Shown here: positions 49,674 to 59,631 of the stretch, one piece after another | Numbering within the stretch: the first letter of the stretch is position 1 | Layout: every line of letters starts with the position of its first letter | From: Sedimentisphaerales bacterium | GTDB taxonomy: Bacteria > Planctomycetota > Phycisphaerae > Sedimentisphaerales > SM23-30 | DNA: 64,000 nt | Reading direction: 5' to 3' | NCBI GenBank assembly: GCA_963663805.2 | Contig: CAXXMR010000008.1 | Coordinates: 96,001 to 160,000 of the forward strand | Position numbers and translations under genes: made by a program | The notes under the pieces: model-generated | Seen by the model: only the letters and a program-made list of their open reading frames with translations | Told to the model about the DNA's origin: nothing | Databases searched by the model: none

Positions 49674-50105
49674 CTATACATCTGCTTTCGATTTTTGCAG
49701 ATAAAGTTTATATAATTCCGCCAGACTTACATTGCCCAGGAATTCCACGATATAATTTTGCAATTCGCGGAGCTTGTCTGTTACCGGACATGTGTTTTTC
49801 CGGTCGCAGTCGGTTGAGCAGGCCATGCACTGATTGAGCAGTACCGGCCCTTGCATGGCCTCGATTATCTGGCTCATTTGTATTTGTTCGGCAGGGCGTG
49901 CCAGGGCATAGCCGCCGCGTGGCCCCATGGCGCTTTGAATCAGGCCTGCCTCGTGTAATTGCTGGAGAATTTTGCAGGCGAAATCATAGGAGACGCCGTT
50001 TTCGCCAGCGATAATTCGGGCTGAGGCATATTCGTTTTTTTTTAGACCTGTCAAATGGAGCATCAGCCTAAAAGCGTAATCTGTGTTCTGTCTTAGTAAA
50101 TCCAT
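49674..50105 (-). CDS. Rrf2-family transcriptional regulator with Fe-S cysteines
   Basis: TDYAFR, GPRGGYALARP and C-terminal CMAC...C....CP motifs. Confidence 0.93.
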   Translation of the reverse strand: MDLLRQNTDYAFRLMLHLTGLKKNEYASARIIAGENGVSYDFACKILQQLHEAGLIQSAMGPRGGYALARPAEQIQMSQIIEAMQGPVLLNQCMACSTDCDRKNTCPVTDKLRELQNYIVEFLGNVSLAELYKLYLQKSKADV

Positions 50106-50150
50106 ATTATTTTTTCGTTAATACCGGGCGGGCGGTATTACTAATTTTCC

Positions 50151-50188
50151 ATATCAGACCATTCTAGTCCTACTTATATCAGAGTCAA
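50151..50188 (-). promoter_or_regulatory. Promoter of the rrf2-hcp operon overlapped by an IscR/Rrf2-like dyad
   Basis: Minus strand has TTGACT-16 bp-TAGAAT. The dyad GACC-attct-AGTC (50157-50169) resembles the IscR type-1 core GACT-N5-AGTC. Confidence 0.55.
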
Positions 50189-50678
50189 ATTTTTCGTCAA
50201 ATTTTTATTTTAAGCATTTTTAAGTCATTGTTTGATAATGCATTGTGTTTTTTGCTAAAATCTGTCTGGTCCTCATGGTCTTGATATTGAAGTACAGAGT
50301 TGTTCTGAAAAAAATATTGTCATTTGCCGGGTCAAGGTCCGTCCACGAGAGAGTTTTTTTAGTTATGGGTACGGATGTTATTATTGAGTGAGACTGTTTT
50401 AGGAATTAATGGTTTGGTGGTTGCTGTGTGGGGGATTTGGGATTCTGCCGACCTATAACTATAATTTACTTTTGAGGGGAAGCAGGGTCGATAACCCAAA
50501 GTCTCATAAGAAGCTTTGTTTTGGCCCAAAAGTCTCTTTTTGATATAGGGTGAATTTTTCCAGATGATTTATGTGTAGAAGAAAGAACTTAGTTAAACCT
50601 GCCTGTTTTAATCTTCGATACAAATGACAGCGGAATAGATGTGTGATTTTACAATGTTACTTTAATGGAGAGATTGTT

Positions 50679-51872
50679 ATGAAGCTTTTGACTAACCTTA
50701 TTGTGGTTGCTGTTTGCGTAGTGATATTGTCGGCCCAGATGGTTTTGGCAGGGCCTGCCGAAGACAAAGCTAAACTCTATAAGGATATTTCTGTCCAGAT
50801 TGACAAATCTGCCTCGGCAAGTCCTCAGGTTCAGTCCTTTGTTAAGGCCATGCTTTTGCCCCTGAGTGGCAATCCTGTTTTTGTCAAGGCGGTCGCGGAG
50901 CAGAACGCTTCTGGTAAAACTCTGGATGACATTAAACAGACTGACGAGCAATGGATAAATGCCGAGGATGAACTGCCCATCCATAAAGTTTTGCTTACCA
51001 ATCCGTGCAGCAAGGAAATTAAGCGTATTGTAAAAAACATGCCGGTTATTGTCGAAGCATTTGTTATGGATAATCAAGGGGCCAATGTTGCCCAGAATAC
51101 ATTGACCAGTGATTACTGGCAGGGTGATGAGGGCAAGTGGCAAAATTCTTATAATGGCGGTAAGGGCGGGGTTGAGATTAGCGGGGTTGAGTTTGACAAA
51201 TCGGCCAACGCTCAGTTGCAGCAGGTATCTTTGCCGGTTATTGATGATAATGGTCAGGTTATCGGCGCAGTTTGTTATGGTATCAACACTGCTTATGCTG
51301 AAATAATCGGCAAGGTAGCGGAAGATATTGATTCTTCGGCAATCGCTACTGACGATGTCAAGCGTTTCGCAAAATACCGTTTATTGGGTTTGTCCATGAA
51401 CAGTATTTTTGTTAGTGAGACGACGGCCCAGAATGACAAGTCTATCCTGCTTGATGAAGTCAAGAATTTTGACAGGCAGTGGATGGAAGCCGAAGATGAG
51501 TTGCCCCTTCACAAGGAGAAACTAGGCAATCCCTGTGCTCAGGAAATTCGTCGTTTAGCTTCCAGGTTGCCGGCTATTCTGGAGGCATTTGTCATGGATA
51601 ATCAAGGTGCCAATGTTGGTCAGAACGCTCTTACCAGTGATTACTGGCAGGGTGATGAAGCCAAGTGGCAGAAGTCATTTAATGGTGGTAAAGGCGGGGT
51701 TGAAATTGGCGTGGTTGAGTTTGATAAATCGGCTAATGTTCAGTTGCAGCAGATTTCTTTGCCGGTTATCGATGCCAAAGGCTCTGTAATTGGCGCGGTT
51801 TGCTATGGAATTAATACTGACCAAGTAGGCGCGTTCCAAGTTGCTGATTATTCGGATATTTTGCCCCAGTAA
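50679..51872 (+). CDS. Secreted/periplasmic protein of two tandem PDC/Cache-like sensor domains
   Basis: Signal peptide; 176-aa unit repeated (EAFVMDNQGANV..N.LTSDYWQGDE.KWQ.S.NGGKGGVEI..VEFDKSAN.QLQQ.SLPVID). Confidence 0.8.
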   Translation: MKLLTNLIVVAVCVVILSAQMVLAGPAEDKAKLYKDISVQIDKSASASPQVQSFVKAMLLPLSGNPVFVKAVAEQNASGKTLDDIKQTDEQWINAEDELPIHKVLLTNPCSKEIKRIVKNMPVIVEAFVMDNQGANVAQNTLTSDYWQGDEGKWQNSYNGGKGGVEISGVEFDKSANAQLQQVSLPVIDDNGQVIGAVCYGINTAYAEIIGKVAEDIDSSAIATDDVKRFAKYRLLGLSMNSIFVSETTAQNDKSILLDEVKNFDRQWMEAEDELPLHKEKLGNPCAQEIRRLASRLPAILEAFVMDNQGANVGQNALTSDYWQGDEAKWQKSFNGGKGGVEIGVVEFDKSANVQLQQISLPVIDAKGSVIGAVCYGINTDQVGAFQVADYSDILPQ

Positions 51873-51899
51873 TCGGTTGTTCTTTTTATTGAGGAGTCA

Positions 51900-53813
51900 G
51901 TGATGTTTAAGCGTTTGAAAAAAAACAGGAGCAGCAAAGCGGCCAAAGGAAGTGTCAAGAAGACCGGCGGTTTTGGCATATTGCATAAAATTGTTTTGAT
52001 GGTTGGGATACCTGTTCTGGCTTTGGCGTTTCTGGCGGGTTTTGGGTGGTGGAATCTCCACAATACCTCCAGTCAGGTTGATTACATTGTTAATGAGCAG
52101 TTTGTCAGTTTGATTGATGAGGATATTGCGCCTCTGATTAAAGATGACATGTTGCCTTTGATTAATCATGATATAGCCCAAATAAACGGTCTGCAAAACA
52201 GTATTCGTCTGATACTTGAGGCTGACCGTGATGTTCATCAGGCGGTTTTGGCTGAGAAGATGGCTTTGGCGGCATCGGGCGAGGAAGAGAGCAATGCCGC
52301 CAGGCAGGCGAGTCAGGAGAATATTCAGCAGGCGTATGATCGTATCGAGAAAGCTGTCTCAGGCAGTGATTCTGCGCGAATTCAGGAACAATACACACAA
52401 TTTAAGACGGATTATGCTGCCTGGAAGGAAAAAACTGAAAAAGTTTTTGATTTGGCAGGCGATCCCGGCAAGCTAAACTTTGCGAGAAAAGCCAGTAACG
52501 GCGGTTCCGCGGAAAAAGCCTTCGATACGATGCGTGATGATGTGGACAAGCTGCAGGGGCTTCAGGAAGAGTATATCCAGAGTGTTTTGGCTGATGTTAA
52601 TGCCAAAAAAGAACGGATTAATCAGAAGGAACAGACGATTGCTCAGCAGCGTGAGGCGGCCTTGCAAGGCGCAGACAAAATAAGGAAAGAAATTGTAACC
52701 GCTACCGCGTATTTTCTGACGGTTTCGATTATTGTAAGTATTGTGGTTGTTGCAATCGCTGTTGTGGTTAGTCGTTCGATTATCAATCCGCTGCGTAAGA
52801 CTATTGACATGGTCAAAGATATTGCTCAGGGTGAAGGTGATCTTACCCGGCGTTTGGATGACCGCAAGCAGGATGAAATCGGCGAGTTGAGTAAATGGTT
52901 TAATATTTTTGTTGAGAAACTCCAGGTTATGATTCGGCAGATTGCTCAAAATGCCACGACATTGTCCCAGTCTGCGGTTCAGCTCAGCAGTACCGCGACT
53001 GATATGTCTCAGGATGCTCAGGACCTTAGTCAGCAGTCGGCTACAACTGCTAATACTGCTCAGGATGTTTCGGTTACGATGAATGGTATGTCGGCTTCTT
53101 CGGAAGAGATGTCTGCTAATGTCAAGACTGTCGCTGCGGCGGTGGAAGAGATGACCGCCAGTATAACCGAAGTTGCTCGTAATGCCGAGCAGGCTGCCCA
53201 GGTCGCGGACCAGGCCACCACACTGGCAGAGAACAGTAATGAAAAAATTGGTGTTCTGGGTGTGGCCGCTGATGAAATCGGTAAAGTTATTGAGGTTATT
53301 CAGGATATTGCCGAGCAGACCAATTTGCTAGCTCTAAACGCCACAATCGAAGCTGCCCGTGCCGGTGATGCCGGCAAGGGGTTTGCTGTGGTTGCAAGTG
53401 AGGTGAAAGAGCTTGCCCGTCAGACCGCTGATGCGACTGAGGATATTGGCAATCGTATTCGGGCGATTCAGGAATCCACTGAGCATTCGATCGAGTCGAT
53501 AGGTGAGATTCGTCAGGTTATCGGCAAGGTTAATGAAGTATCCCGTTCTATCGCTTCGGCGGTCGAAGAGCAGAGTATTACCACCAAGGAGATATCCTCC
53601 AGTATTGCTCAGACCGCGGCAGCTTCGGAGACGGTATCGAGAGGCACTGTCGATGCCGCTGGTGGAGTAAAGAACATTACCCAAAGTATCGAGCATGTCG
53701 ACAGCGTTGCTCAGAAGACCGCCCAGGGTGTTGCTCTGGTTCAGTCGGCAGGTAGTGATATGTCGCAATTGGCTGAGCAGCTTAACCAGCTGGTAAATCA
53801 GTTCAAAGTTTAA
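51900..53813 (+). CDS. Methyl-accepting chemotaxis protein (helical periplasmic domain, HAMP)
   Basis: Two TMs, GEGDLT HAMP and [30 protein letters not shown] motifs. Confidence 0.93.
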   Translation: MMFKRLKKNRSSKAAKGSVKKTGGFGILHKIVLMVGIPVLALAFLAGFGWWNLHNTSSQVDYIVNEQFVSLIDEDIAPLIKDDMLPLINHDIAQINGLQNSIRLILEADRDVHQAVLAEKMALAASGEEESNAARQASQENIQQAYDRIEKAVSGSDSARIQEQYTQFKTDYAAWKEKTEKVFDLAGDPGKLNFARKASNGGSAEKAFDTMRDDVDKLQGLQEEYIQSVLADVNAKKERINQKEQTIAQQREAALQGADKIRKEIVTATAYFLTVSIIVSIVVVAIAVVVSRSIINPLRKTIDMVKDIAQGEGDLTRRLDDRKQDEIGELSKWFNIFVEKLQVMIRQIAQNATTLSQSAVQLSSTATDMSQDAQDLSQQSATTANTAQDVSVTMNGMSASSEEMSANVKTVAAAVEEMTASITEVARNAEQAAQVADQATTLAENSNEKIGVLGVAADEIGKVIEVIQDIAEQTNLLALNATIEAARAGDAGKGFAVVASEVKELARQTADATEDIGNRIRAIQESTEHSIESIGEIRQVIGKVNEVSRSIASAVEEQSITTKEISSSIAQTAAASETVSRGTVDAAGGVKNITQSIEHVDSVAQKTAQGVALVQSAGSDMSQLAEQLNQLVNQFKV

Positions 53814-53825
53814 TAGATCTTTTTG

Positions 53826-55343
53826 TTACTGCCTCGTATTTCTGCCGAAGTCAGCAGTTTTGCGAGGCAGTATTTTGCGCCGGGCCAGAGTGATTATCAC
53901 GGCTGAGATGAGGAGTGTCGCGTTTACGATTATCATGGCGGCGTTGGGGTGGAGGTGGAGTTTTATGCTTGCGGGGATTAGATTGATTGTATTCAGGGCC
54001 AGGTAGATATTTACGAGTATTGATACCGACAGTGCGCCAATGAGGCTTCGGCCATCAATGTTTTTGGTGAATAGTGCGATTATGTAAATGCTGAACAGGC
54101 TTCCGCCAATCAGTGAGGATAAAATATAGCCCAGGTCCACGATGCACTCCTTGGGAGTGAGGTTGATAATTACCGCGAAGATTACTGCCAGCAGAAGCGT
54201 TAGGGCAGACAGGTAACGACTTAGTTTAAGGTCTCTTTCGGGGTCATTGTTCTTAACAAAAAATCTTTTGGTTACGTCGTACAGTATCACACTTGAAACC
54301 GCGTTCATGGCTGAGTCGAGCGATGTGAGTGCCGCGGCGATACAGGCAGCGATAATTACGCCCGCTATTCCGACGGGGATTGTGGTGAGGATGAAATGTG
54401 AGAGGATCTTGTCGGCCGGCATGGTTGCGATTTGTTGGTCTGGATAGATCTGGTAATGGGCGAACAGGCAACTGCCCAGAAAGAAAAGTATCAGCCATAC
54501 CGGCAGCATGGTACAAGATGAGATGAAGGTTGCGTGCTGGGCCTGGCGTAAATTTTGTGCGGCCAGATAGCGTTGGATTACCACCTGGTTGCCTGTATGT
54601 TCGGTGCCGTAGTTGATGATGCCAAAGATTATCATCAGCCAGAAGCTTCGTTCGCTGAGGCTAAAGGCAAAAGTTCCAAGGCCGAATTTGTGGTTTGTCA
54701 GGCCTATGTCAATAACTTCTTTTATGCCGCCGGGGATGTCTCTCAGCACATAAATGAAGCACAGGACACAGCCCGAAAAAATCACAAATGATTGAATGGT
54801 GTTCATCCATACTACCGCCCGCAGTCCGCCCCGGATGGTGTATGTTCCCACTATTGCCGCGATGACCGCGATGACCAGAGGGACATTTTTGTTAAAAATT
54901 ATCGACAGTGGTATCGAGAGCAGGTAGAGGATGGTGCCGAGTCGAAATAGCTGAAGAATCAGATATGCCGATGACGCGTATATTCGGATTATTACATTAT
55001 ACCTTTGTTCGAGGTATTCAAAGGTGGAATGGACGTTTATTTTTCGAAAGATGGGTACTATGTACAATGCCGCGATGGCCCCGACTATCGGTAGAATAAG
55101 ACGGGGGGTAAAATTTCGAAAGTCCTTTGCGAAGGCCGCGGCGGGCAGTGCGAAAAACGAAATCGAACTTACCGATGAGGTAATCATCGATATAGTCAGG
55201 GCCCATCCCGGCAGGGAGCGGTGGGCGAAAAAATAATCGTCTGCATCCCGGTTTTTTCTGCCGCGGTAAAAACTTACTCCGATCGTAGCTATCAAATATA
55301 ACGATATTATTACAGCGTCAATAGTTCTGTCAGCAACAGCCAT
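53826..55343 (-). CDS. Sodium:solute symporter (SSS family)
   Basis: DYFFAHRSLPGW, FEYLEQRY, GGLRAVVW and NQVVIQRYLAA motifs; multi-TM. Confidence 0.92.
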   Translation of the reverse strand: MAVADRTIDAVIISLYLIATIGVSFYRGRKNRDADDYFFAHRSLPGWALTISMITSSVSSISFFALPAAAFAKDFRNFTPRLILPIVGAIAALYIVPIFRKINVHSTFEYLEQRYNVIIRIYASSAYLILQLFRLGTILYLLSIPLSIIFNKNVPLVIAVIAAIVGTYTIRGGLRAVVWMNTIQSFVIFSGCVLCFIYVLRDIPGGIKEVIDIGLTNHKFGLGTFAFSLSERSFWLMIIFGIINYGTEHTGNQVVIQRYLAAQNLRQAQHATFISSCTMLPVWLILFFLGSCLFAHYQIYPDQQIATMPADKILSHFILTTIPVGIAGVIIAACIAAALTSLDSAMNAVSSVILYDVTKRFFVKNNDPERDLKLSRYLSALTLLLAVIFAVIINLTPKECIVDLGYILSSLIGGSLFSIYIIALFTKNIDGRSLIGALSVSILVNIYLALNTINLIPASIKLHLHPNAAMIIVNATLLISAVIITLARRKILPRKTADFGRNTRQ

Positions 55344-55360
55344 TAAGATTCCGTGTTGGT

Positions 55361-57418
55361 TTAATCGTCCCAGCTTAAATCATCATATTTATAATACATA
55401 TAACGTCCTCTTTCGGTACCCACGATCAAATCCGGCTTGCTGTCTCTGCCGAAGTAGGCCGGGGTTGGGCCGCAGGAGTGCTGGCCCAGGAAAATCGGCT
55501 TACCTTTGAATTTGACCAGTCGCGGAAACTCAAATATCGGTTGGGCGTTACTGCCGGCGTTTTTCAGGAAGAGGATGGCTGAGCCTTGTCCTTTGTATTT
55601 ATTGCGTGCCTGCCAGGGCAGTCCCTTTTCCGGGTCGGGTACACAGCCGTGTCTGGGTGTGCCGATTATTATATCCTTAAATCCGTCGTTGTCAAAGTCG
55701 CAAAGGCTGAATTTTAGGCGGCCTGTTCCGCCGGCGTCCAAGAAGTTTCCTTTGATATTTGCACCGTCGGCGAGTTTCAGCTTGCCGCAGTCGGCGACAT
55801 TGTAAATGTCGACCTGTTCGTAGAGGTGTGTTTCGTCATCGTCGTCGAGAGTGATATAGACATTTCTGCCGTTTAGCTCGGCGACTGCCGGTCGACATCT
55901 CCAGGTGCCGTGCAGGTCCAGCCCGTCCAGATAGAGAGGGTGACCGTAGTCAAGTTTTGGCTGACCTTTTGAGCCGATATTCATAAATACGGTATGTTTG
56001 CCGTTAGCATCGTTCATGAGGATGTCATCCAGGCCGTCGTTGTTCCAGTCTGCGGCGATGGGGCAGGTGTACCCCCAGCGTGCTTCGCCAGGGCCCTGGA
56101 TGCTCTGGTTGTAACCGGGTTGGACATGGATTTCTTTTCCGCCAGCTTTAAGATTGACGGCTGGTGCGAAGATGGGTTTGAGGTTGCTGCCGGTATTTTC
56201 ATAGAAGAGTACGAAGCCTTGTGAGTTTCCTGATATGATGTCATCGTCTCCGTCCTGGTCCCAATCTGACATGCTGGGTACTGTTAATGAACCTCCGTAC
56301 AAAACAGGCTGATTTTCCAGCAGTTTTGTCGGGTTGGAAAATATAGGACTGTTGTTTGGCGAGAATCGGCCGGTAAAGCTGTAGAAATATGTTCCGCCTT
56401 CACTGCCGGCAATCAAATCTGAATATTTTCCGATAGGGTTATAGTAGGCCAGCGGGCTGGGCCAGACCGCCGGGTGTCTCAGGACGATGTTGTTGGTATC
56501 GACGATATTTTTTCGTTCGGCAAGATTTAGTCCTGCATCAGCTAAGTTGTGATAGTAGTGAATTCCGCCGTAATGTGAGCCGGTTATCAAGTCGTTGTTG
56601 TGTCCCGGTCCCAGATTTGCGTGAGTAATAGTTGAAAATCCTTCGCGAACTTCTTTGTCGGTTTGGGAGACGCGTCGAAAGTTTTTGGCTGGTCCTTCAA
56701 TGAATCCCGGCAGACTGAAAGCGTATAGGCCGATATAAGGGAAACCACCTCTCCATTTGCCCGTACCATCGTAAGGGGTGTATTCCGGGGCGCGATAGTA
56801 ACTCAGATATTTTTTATCAAAGTCGAACGAAGGTGGTTTGGAAGATACGTCGTCTTTGATTCCCACAACAATCTCAAGGGTATTGTCAGGGTTGAATATT
56901 GCTTCAACTGATTCGGGGTTTGCTGGCAGAGAGTCGAGTTTCAGGCTTTTTTTCAGAATAAATTCATTTTTATTCTCATCAAAAATCGTGTGGTGCAGGA
57001 CTTTTTGGCTACACCATAGAGCGTGAACAGATTTGTCGGGTCTTTGGAATATTGTGCCTTTGGGGAGCCCCTTCATCGAAAAGGGGATTTTGATTTTGGT
57101 TGGTTTGTCGAAAATCGGGGTTCCCTGCGCCGAATCTTCTATGTATCGGTAGAGGAACAGTCCACCTCCAAAGCGTCCCGTGATGACGAATATGTCGGGG
57201 CGTTGGGAGTCGTATAAGTAGGCTGTTCCCAGCGGATGGCTGGAAATGCCGTTTACTGCCATGGGTCCTGCGTCGGCGCCGGTGGGGATGGGCTGACCTG
57301 AAACCAGCGTCTGGCTGTACTCTTGGGCGCTGACGGTGCTGTACGCGCATAATGCGAAAAAGGCTAAAAACAGGCTTGGGTGGAGTTTTGGCATGACGTT
57401 CTCCGGGGCAAAAGGCAT
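55361..57418 (-). CDS. Secreted FG-GAP/VCBS-repeat beta-propeller protein
   Basis: Signal peptide and repeats DWDQDGDDDIISG, DWNNDGLDDIL and DFDNDGFKDIIIG. Confidence 0.85.
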   Translation of the reverse strand: MPFAPENVMPKLHPSLFLAFFALCAYSTVSAQEYSQTLVSGQPIPTGADAGPMAVNGISSHPLGTAYLYDSQRPDIFVITGRFGGGLFLYRYIEDSAQGTPIFDKPTKIKIPFSMKGLPKGTIFQRPDKSVHALWCSQKVLHHTIFDENKNEFILKKSLKLDSLPANPESVEAIFNPDNTLEIVVGIKDDVSSKPPSFDFDKKYLSYYRAPEYTPYDGTGKWRGGFPYIGLYAFSLPGFIEGPAKNFRRVSQTDKEVREGFSTITHANLGPGHNNDLITGSHYGGIHYYHNLADAGLNLAERKNIVDTNNIVLRHPAVWPSPLAYYNPIGKYSDLIAGSEGGTYFYSFTGRFSPNNSPIFSNPTKLLENQPVLYGGSLTVPSMSDWDQDGDDDIISGNSQGFVLFYENTGSNLKPIFAPAVNLKAGGKEIHVQPGYNQSIQGPGEARWGYTCPIAADWNNDGLDDILMNDANGKHTVFMNIGSKGQPKLDYGHPLYLDGLDLHGTWRCRPAVAELNGRNVYITLDDDDETHLYEQVDIYNVADCGKLKLADGANIKGNFLDAGGTGRLKFSLCDFDNDGFKDIIIGTPRHGCVPDPEKGLPWQARNKYKGQGSAILFLKNAGSNAQPIFEFPRLVKFKGKPIFLGQHSCGPTPAYFGRDSKPDLIVGTERGRYMYYKYDDLSWDD

Positions 57419-57486
57419 GTTAACTTATTTGTACCAAAGCAATTGGAGGCTGCTGTTGTTGGTTTTTTGCGGTCAACCTCAGTCAT

Positions 57487-57515
57487 ATATTAAACGTATA
57501 GCAATAATTTGTCAA
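57487..57515 (-). promoter_or_regulatory. Divergent promoter with LacI-type operator-like site
   Basis: Minus strand TTGACA-17 bp-TAATAT overlaps TTAAACGTATAG (57490-57501), a variant of the palindrome at 57603. Confidence 0.6.
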
Positions 57516-57592
57516 CAGGTAAAGGTTTTTGGGGTGATTCGTTTTGTAATATATTTTTAATAAAAGAGTTATGTGATATTTTAAAAAAAAGG

Positions 57593-57622
57593 TTGACAAA
57601 TATTAAACGTTTAACATATTAT
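57593..57622 (+). promoter_or_regulatory. Promoter of the LacI operon with operator palindrome TTAAACGTTTAA in the spacer
   Basis: TTGACA (57593-98), a perfect CG-centred 12-bp palindrome (57603-14) and TATTAT (57617-22). Confidence 0.7.
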
Positions 57623-57641
57623 AGTCGAAGAAGGAAATACT

Positions 57642-58691
57642 ATGAGTCAATTAAGCTCTACGAAAAGCGTTAATATTACCAGTCTTGCCGGGCAGCTGCA
57701 GTTGAGTACGGCTACTGTCAGCAAGGCTTTGCGTTATGAGAAGGGTGTTAATAAAGACACCGCTGAGCGGGTTCGGGATTTGGCTCAGCGTTTGGGGTAC
57801 AAGCCTAATATCTTTGCTCAGGGTCTTAAGAAACAGAAAAGTAAATTTATTGGTTTTCTGCTTACTACAGAGCTGACCAACTCCTGGTATGCTGAGTTGG
57901 TGAGTTGGGTTGAGGTCAAGCTGCGTGAGAGGGACTATGCCCTGATGCTGGGGGTTGCCAATCGTGATGAAAAGCGTGAGGTTGAATATCTTGATATGTT
58001 CGAGAGTTCTTTTCTTTCGGGGATTATTGCCGGGCCTTTGTTTGCCTATCGTGATTTGGCTCCGTTTGAGAATATCATGCGCAGTGATAGTCCGTTGGTT
58101 ACGTTTGCCTGTGTTGAAGATATACCTATCAGTCATGTCAAGATAGATCATATTGCGAGTATCAGAAAGGTTGTTCGCTACTTTGTTGAGTGCGGCCATA
58201 AGCGTATAGGTTATTTTTGCTGTACCAAACGTGAGTTGCGATCCAGCGGTGTTACCCGAAAAGCGGGGTTTGACGAGGCTCTTATTGAAGAAGGCCTTCC
58301 TTTTATTGGTAAGGATATAATAATCTGTGACTGGTCGGACCTGACTTATGCCGGTGGTTTTCGGATAATGTCTGAACTGATTGAGGAGCGGGGTAAGGAT
58401 TTACCTACGGCTTTTTTCTGCCATTGTGACGAGGTTGCTCTGGGGGCTCTTGATGCCTGTCGTGCTACAGGTGTTTTGGTTCCCGATGACATTTCTTTTA
58501 TTGGTTATGATGGTATTGCCCGGACCGCTAATTCCCTGCCGGCCCTGACTACCGTTGGTGGAATGATGGAGCAGTTGGCGGATAAACTGGCTGAGCTTCT
58601 TTTTGAGGGGATTGAAGGCAAGCTGGATAAAGTTAAAAGTGTCGCGGTTGAACCGCAATTAATTATTAGAGATAGTGTCGCAAAAATCTAA
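57642..58691 (+). CDS. LacI-family transcriptional regulator
   Basis: LSTATVSKAL HTH, LGYKPNIFAQGL hinge, VPDDISFIGYDG and LTTV motifs. Confidence 0.95.
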   Translation: MSQLSSTKSVNITSLAGQLQLSTATVSKALRYEKGVNKDTAERVRDLAQRLGYKPNIFAQGLKKQKSKFIGFLLTTELTNSWYAELVSWVEVKLRERDYALMLGVANRDEKREVEYLDMFESSFLSGIIAGPLFAYRDLAPFENIMRSDSPLVTFACVEDIPISHVKIDHIASIRKVVRYFVECGHKRIGYFCCTKRELRSSGVTRKAGFDEALIEEGLPFIGKDIIICDWSDLTYAGGFRIMSELIEERGKDLPTAFFCHCDEVALGALDACRATGVLVPDDISFIGYDGIARTANSLPALTTVGGMMEQLADKLAELLFEGIEGKLDKVKSVAVEPQLIIRDSVAKI

Positions 58692-58712
58692 ACTATTTGA
58701 GGGAAAATTGCT

Positions 58713-59594
58713 ATGAGAGGCAAAAAGGGATTTACACTGGTTGAACTGTTGGTAGTCGTGGCGATTATCGCTTTGCTGGTTTCGATTCTTTTACCGGCTT
58801 TGGGGTCTGCTCGCGACCAGGCTAAGAAGGTTATGTGTCTATCTAATCTTCGGCAGTGGGGGATTGTTACTTATGCTTATGTAAGCGACAACAACGGTTT
58901 TTTTGAAAATGGTTTTGATGGCACGAATCGTGATTTAGGCTGGTGGGCAGCGTTTTTCAGCTATTACAAAGATATTCCCAACATAATGTATTGTTCCAAA
59001 ACCAAGAACACTCTTGATACCAGCAGCGATACTCCGAAGGATCTTAACAATGACAACGACTGCACTTTTAATATTTGGCAGTTAAGCGGCGACCAGTATG
59101 GTGCTGCTGGTGGTGACAATAATTCTGGCAGGCTTTATGGCGGCAGTTATGGCAAAAACAGTCGTCTTACCAATCCTGACCAGAGTGCTAATCCGAGCTA
59201 CGCGTATTATAATTACAACACGGAAAATTACGATGCCATACGGAATGCCGATATTTGTCCAGTGATGTTTGACAGTGCCTGGGTTGACACTTGTTTTATG
59301 TCGAGTAATGGTGTTGGTCAGGCCCCTCCGCCTTATCAGGGTGCCCCATACAATATGAGTGGCGCTAACGGCACCTGACGAGCGACACTTAATCGTCATG
59401 GTCGTACTAATGAGGGTATTACCGGGATGGTTTTTGCTGACATGTCTGCTCGTGATGTTGGCTTGAAAGAGCTTTGGGTTTTGAAATGGAATAAGCTTTA
59501 CAATACTCGCTGTGCCATTCCGGGTGCGGTTTGGCCTGAGTGGATGGATGATTTTACGGATTATGGTACGCCAACCAGTGCGGCGGCCAAGTAA
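58713..59594 (+). CDS. Prepilin-type N-terminal cleavage/methylation (DUF1559-like) protein with in-frame TGA at 59376-59378
   Basis: GFTLVELLVVVAIIALLVSILLPALGSARDQAK..C.SNLRQWG. The frame continues past the TGA with NRH...VFADMS..VGLKELWVLKW...WPEWM to TAA at 59592-59594. Confidence 0.85.
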
Positions 59595-59631
59595 ATAGTA
59601 ATCATTATTTTAGAGAAATGGAGGAAATGTT

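Noticed and set aside
59376..59430. Canonical bacterial SECIS after the in-frame TGA
   Set aside because: The only clear stem includes the UGA itself, and no well-formed downstream SECIS hairpin is visible, so selenocysteine is not supported.
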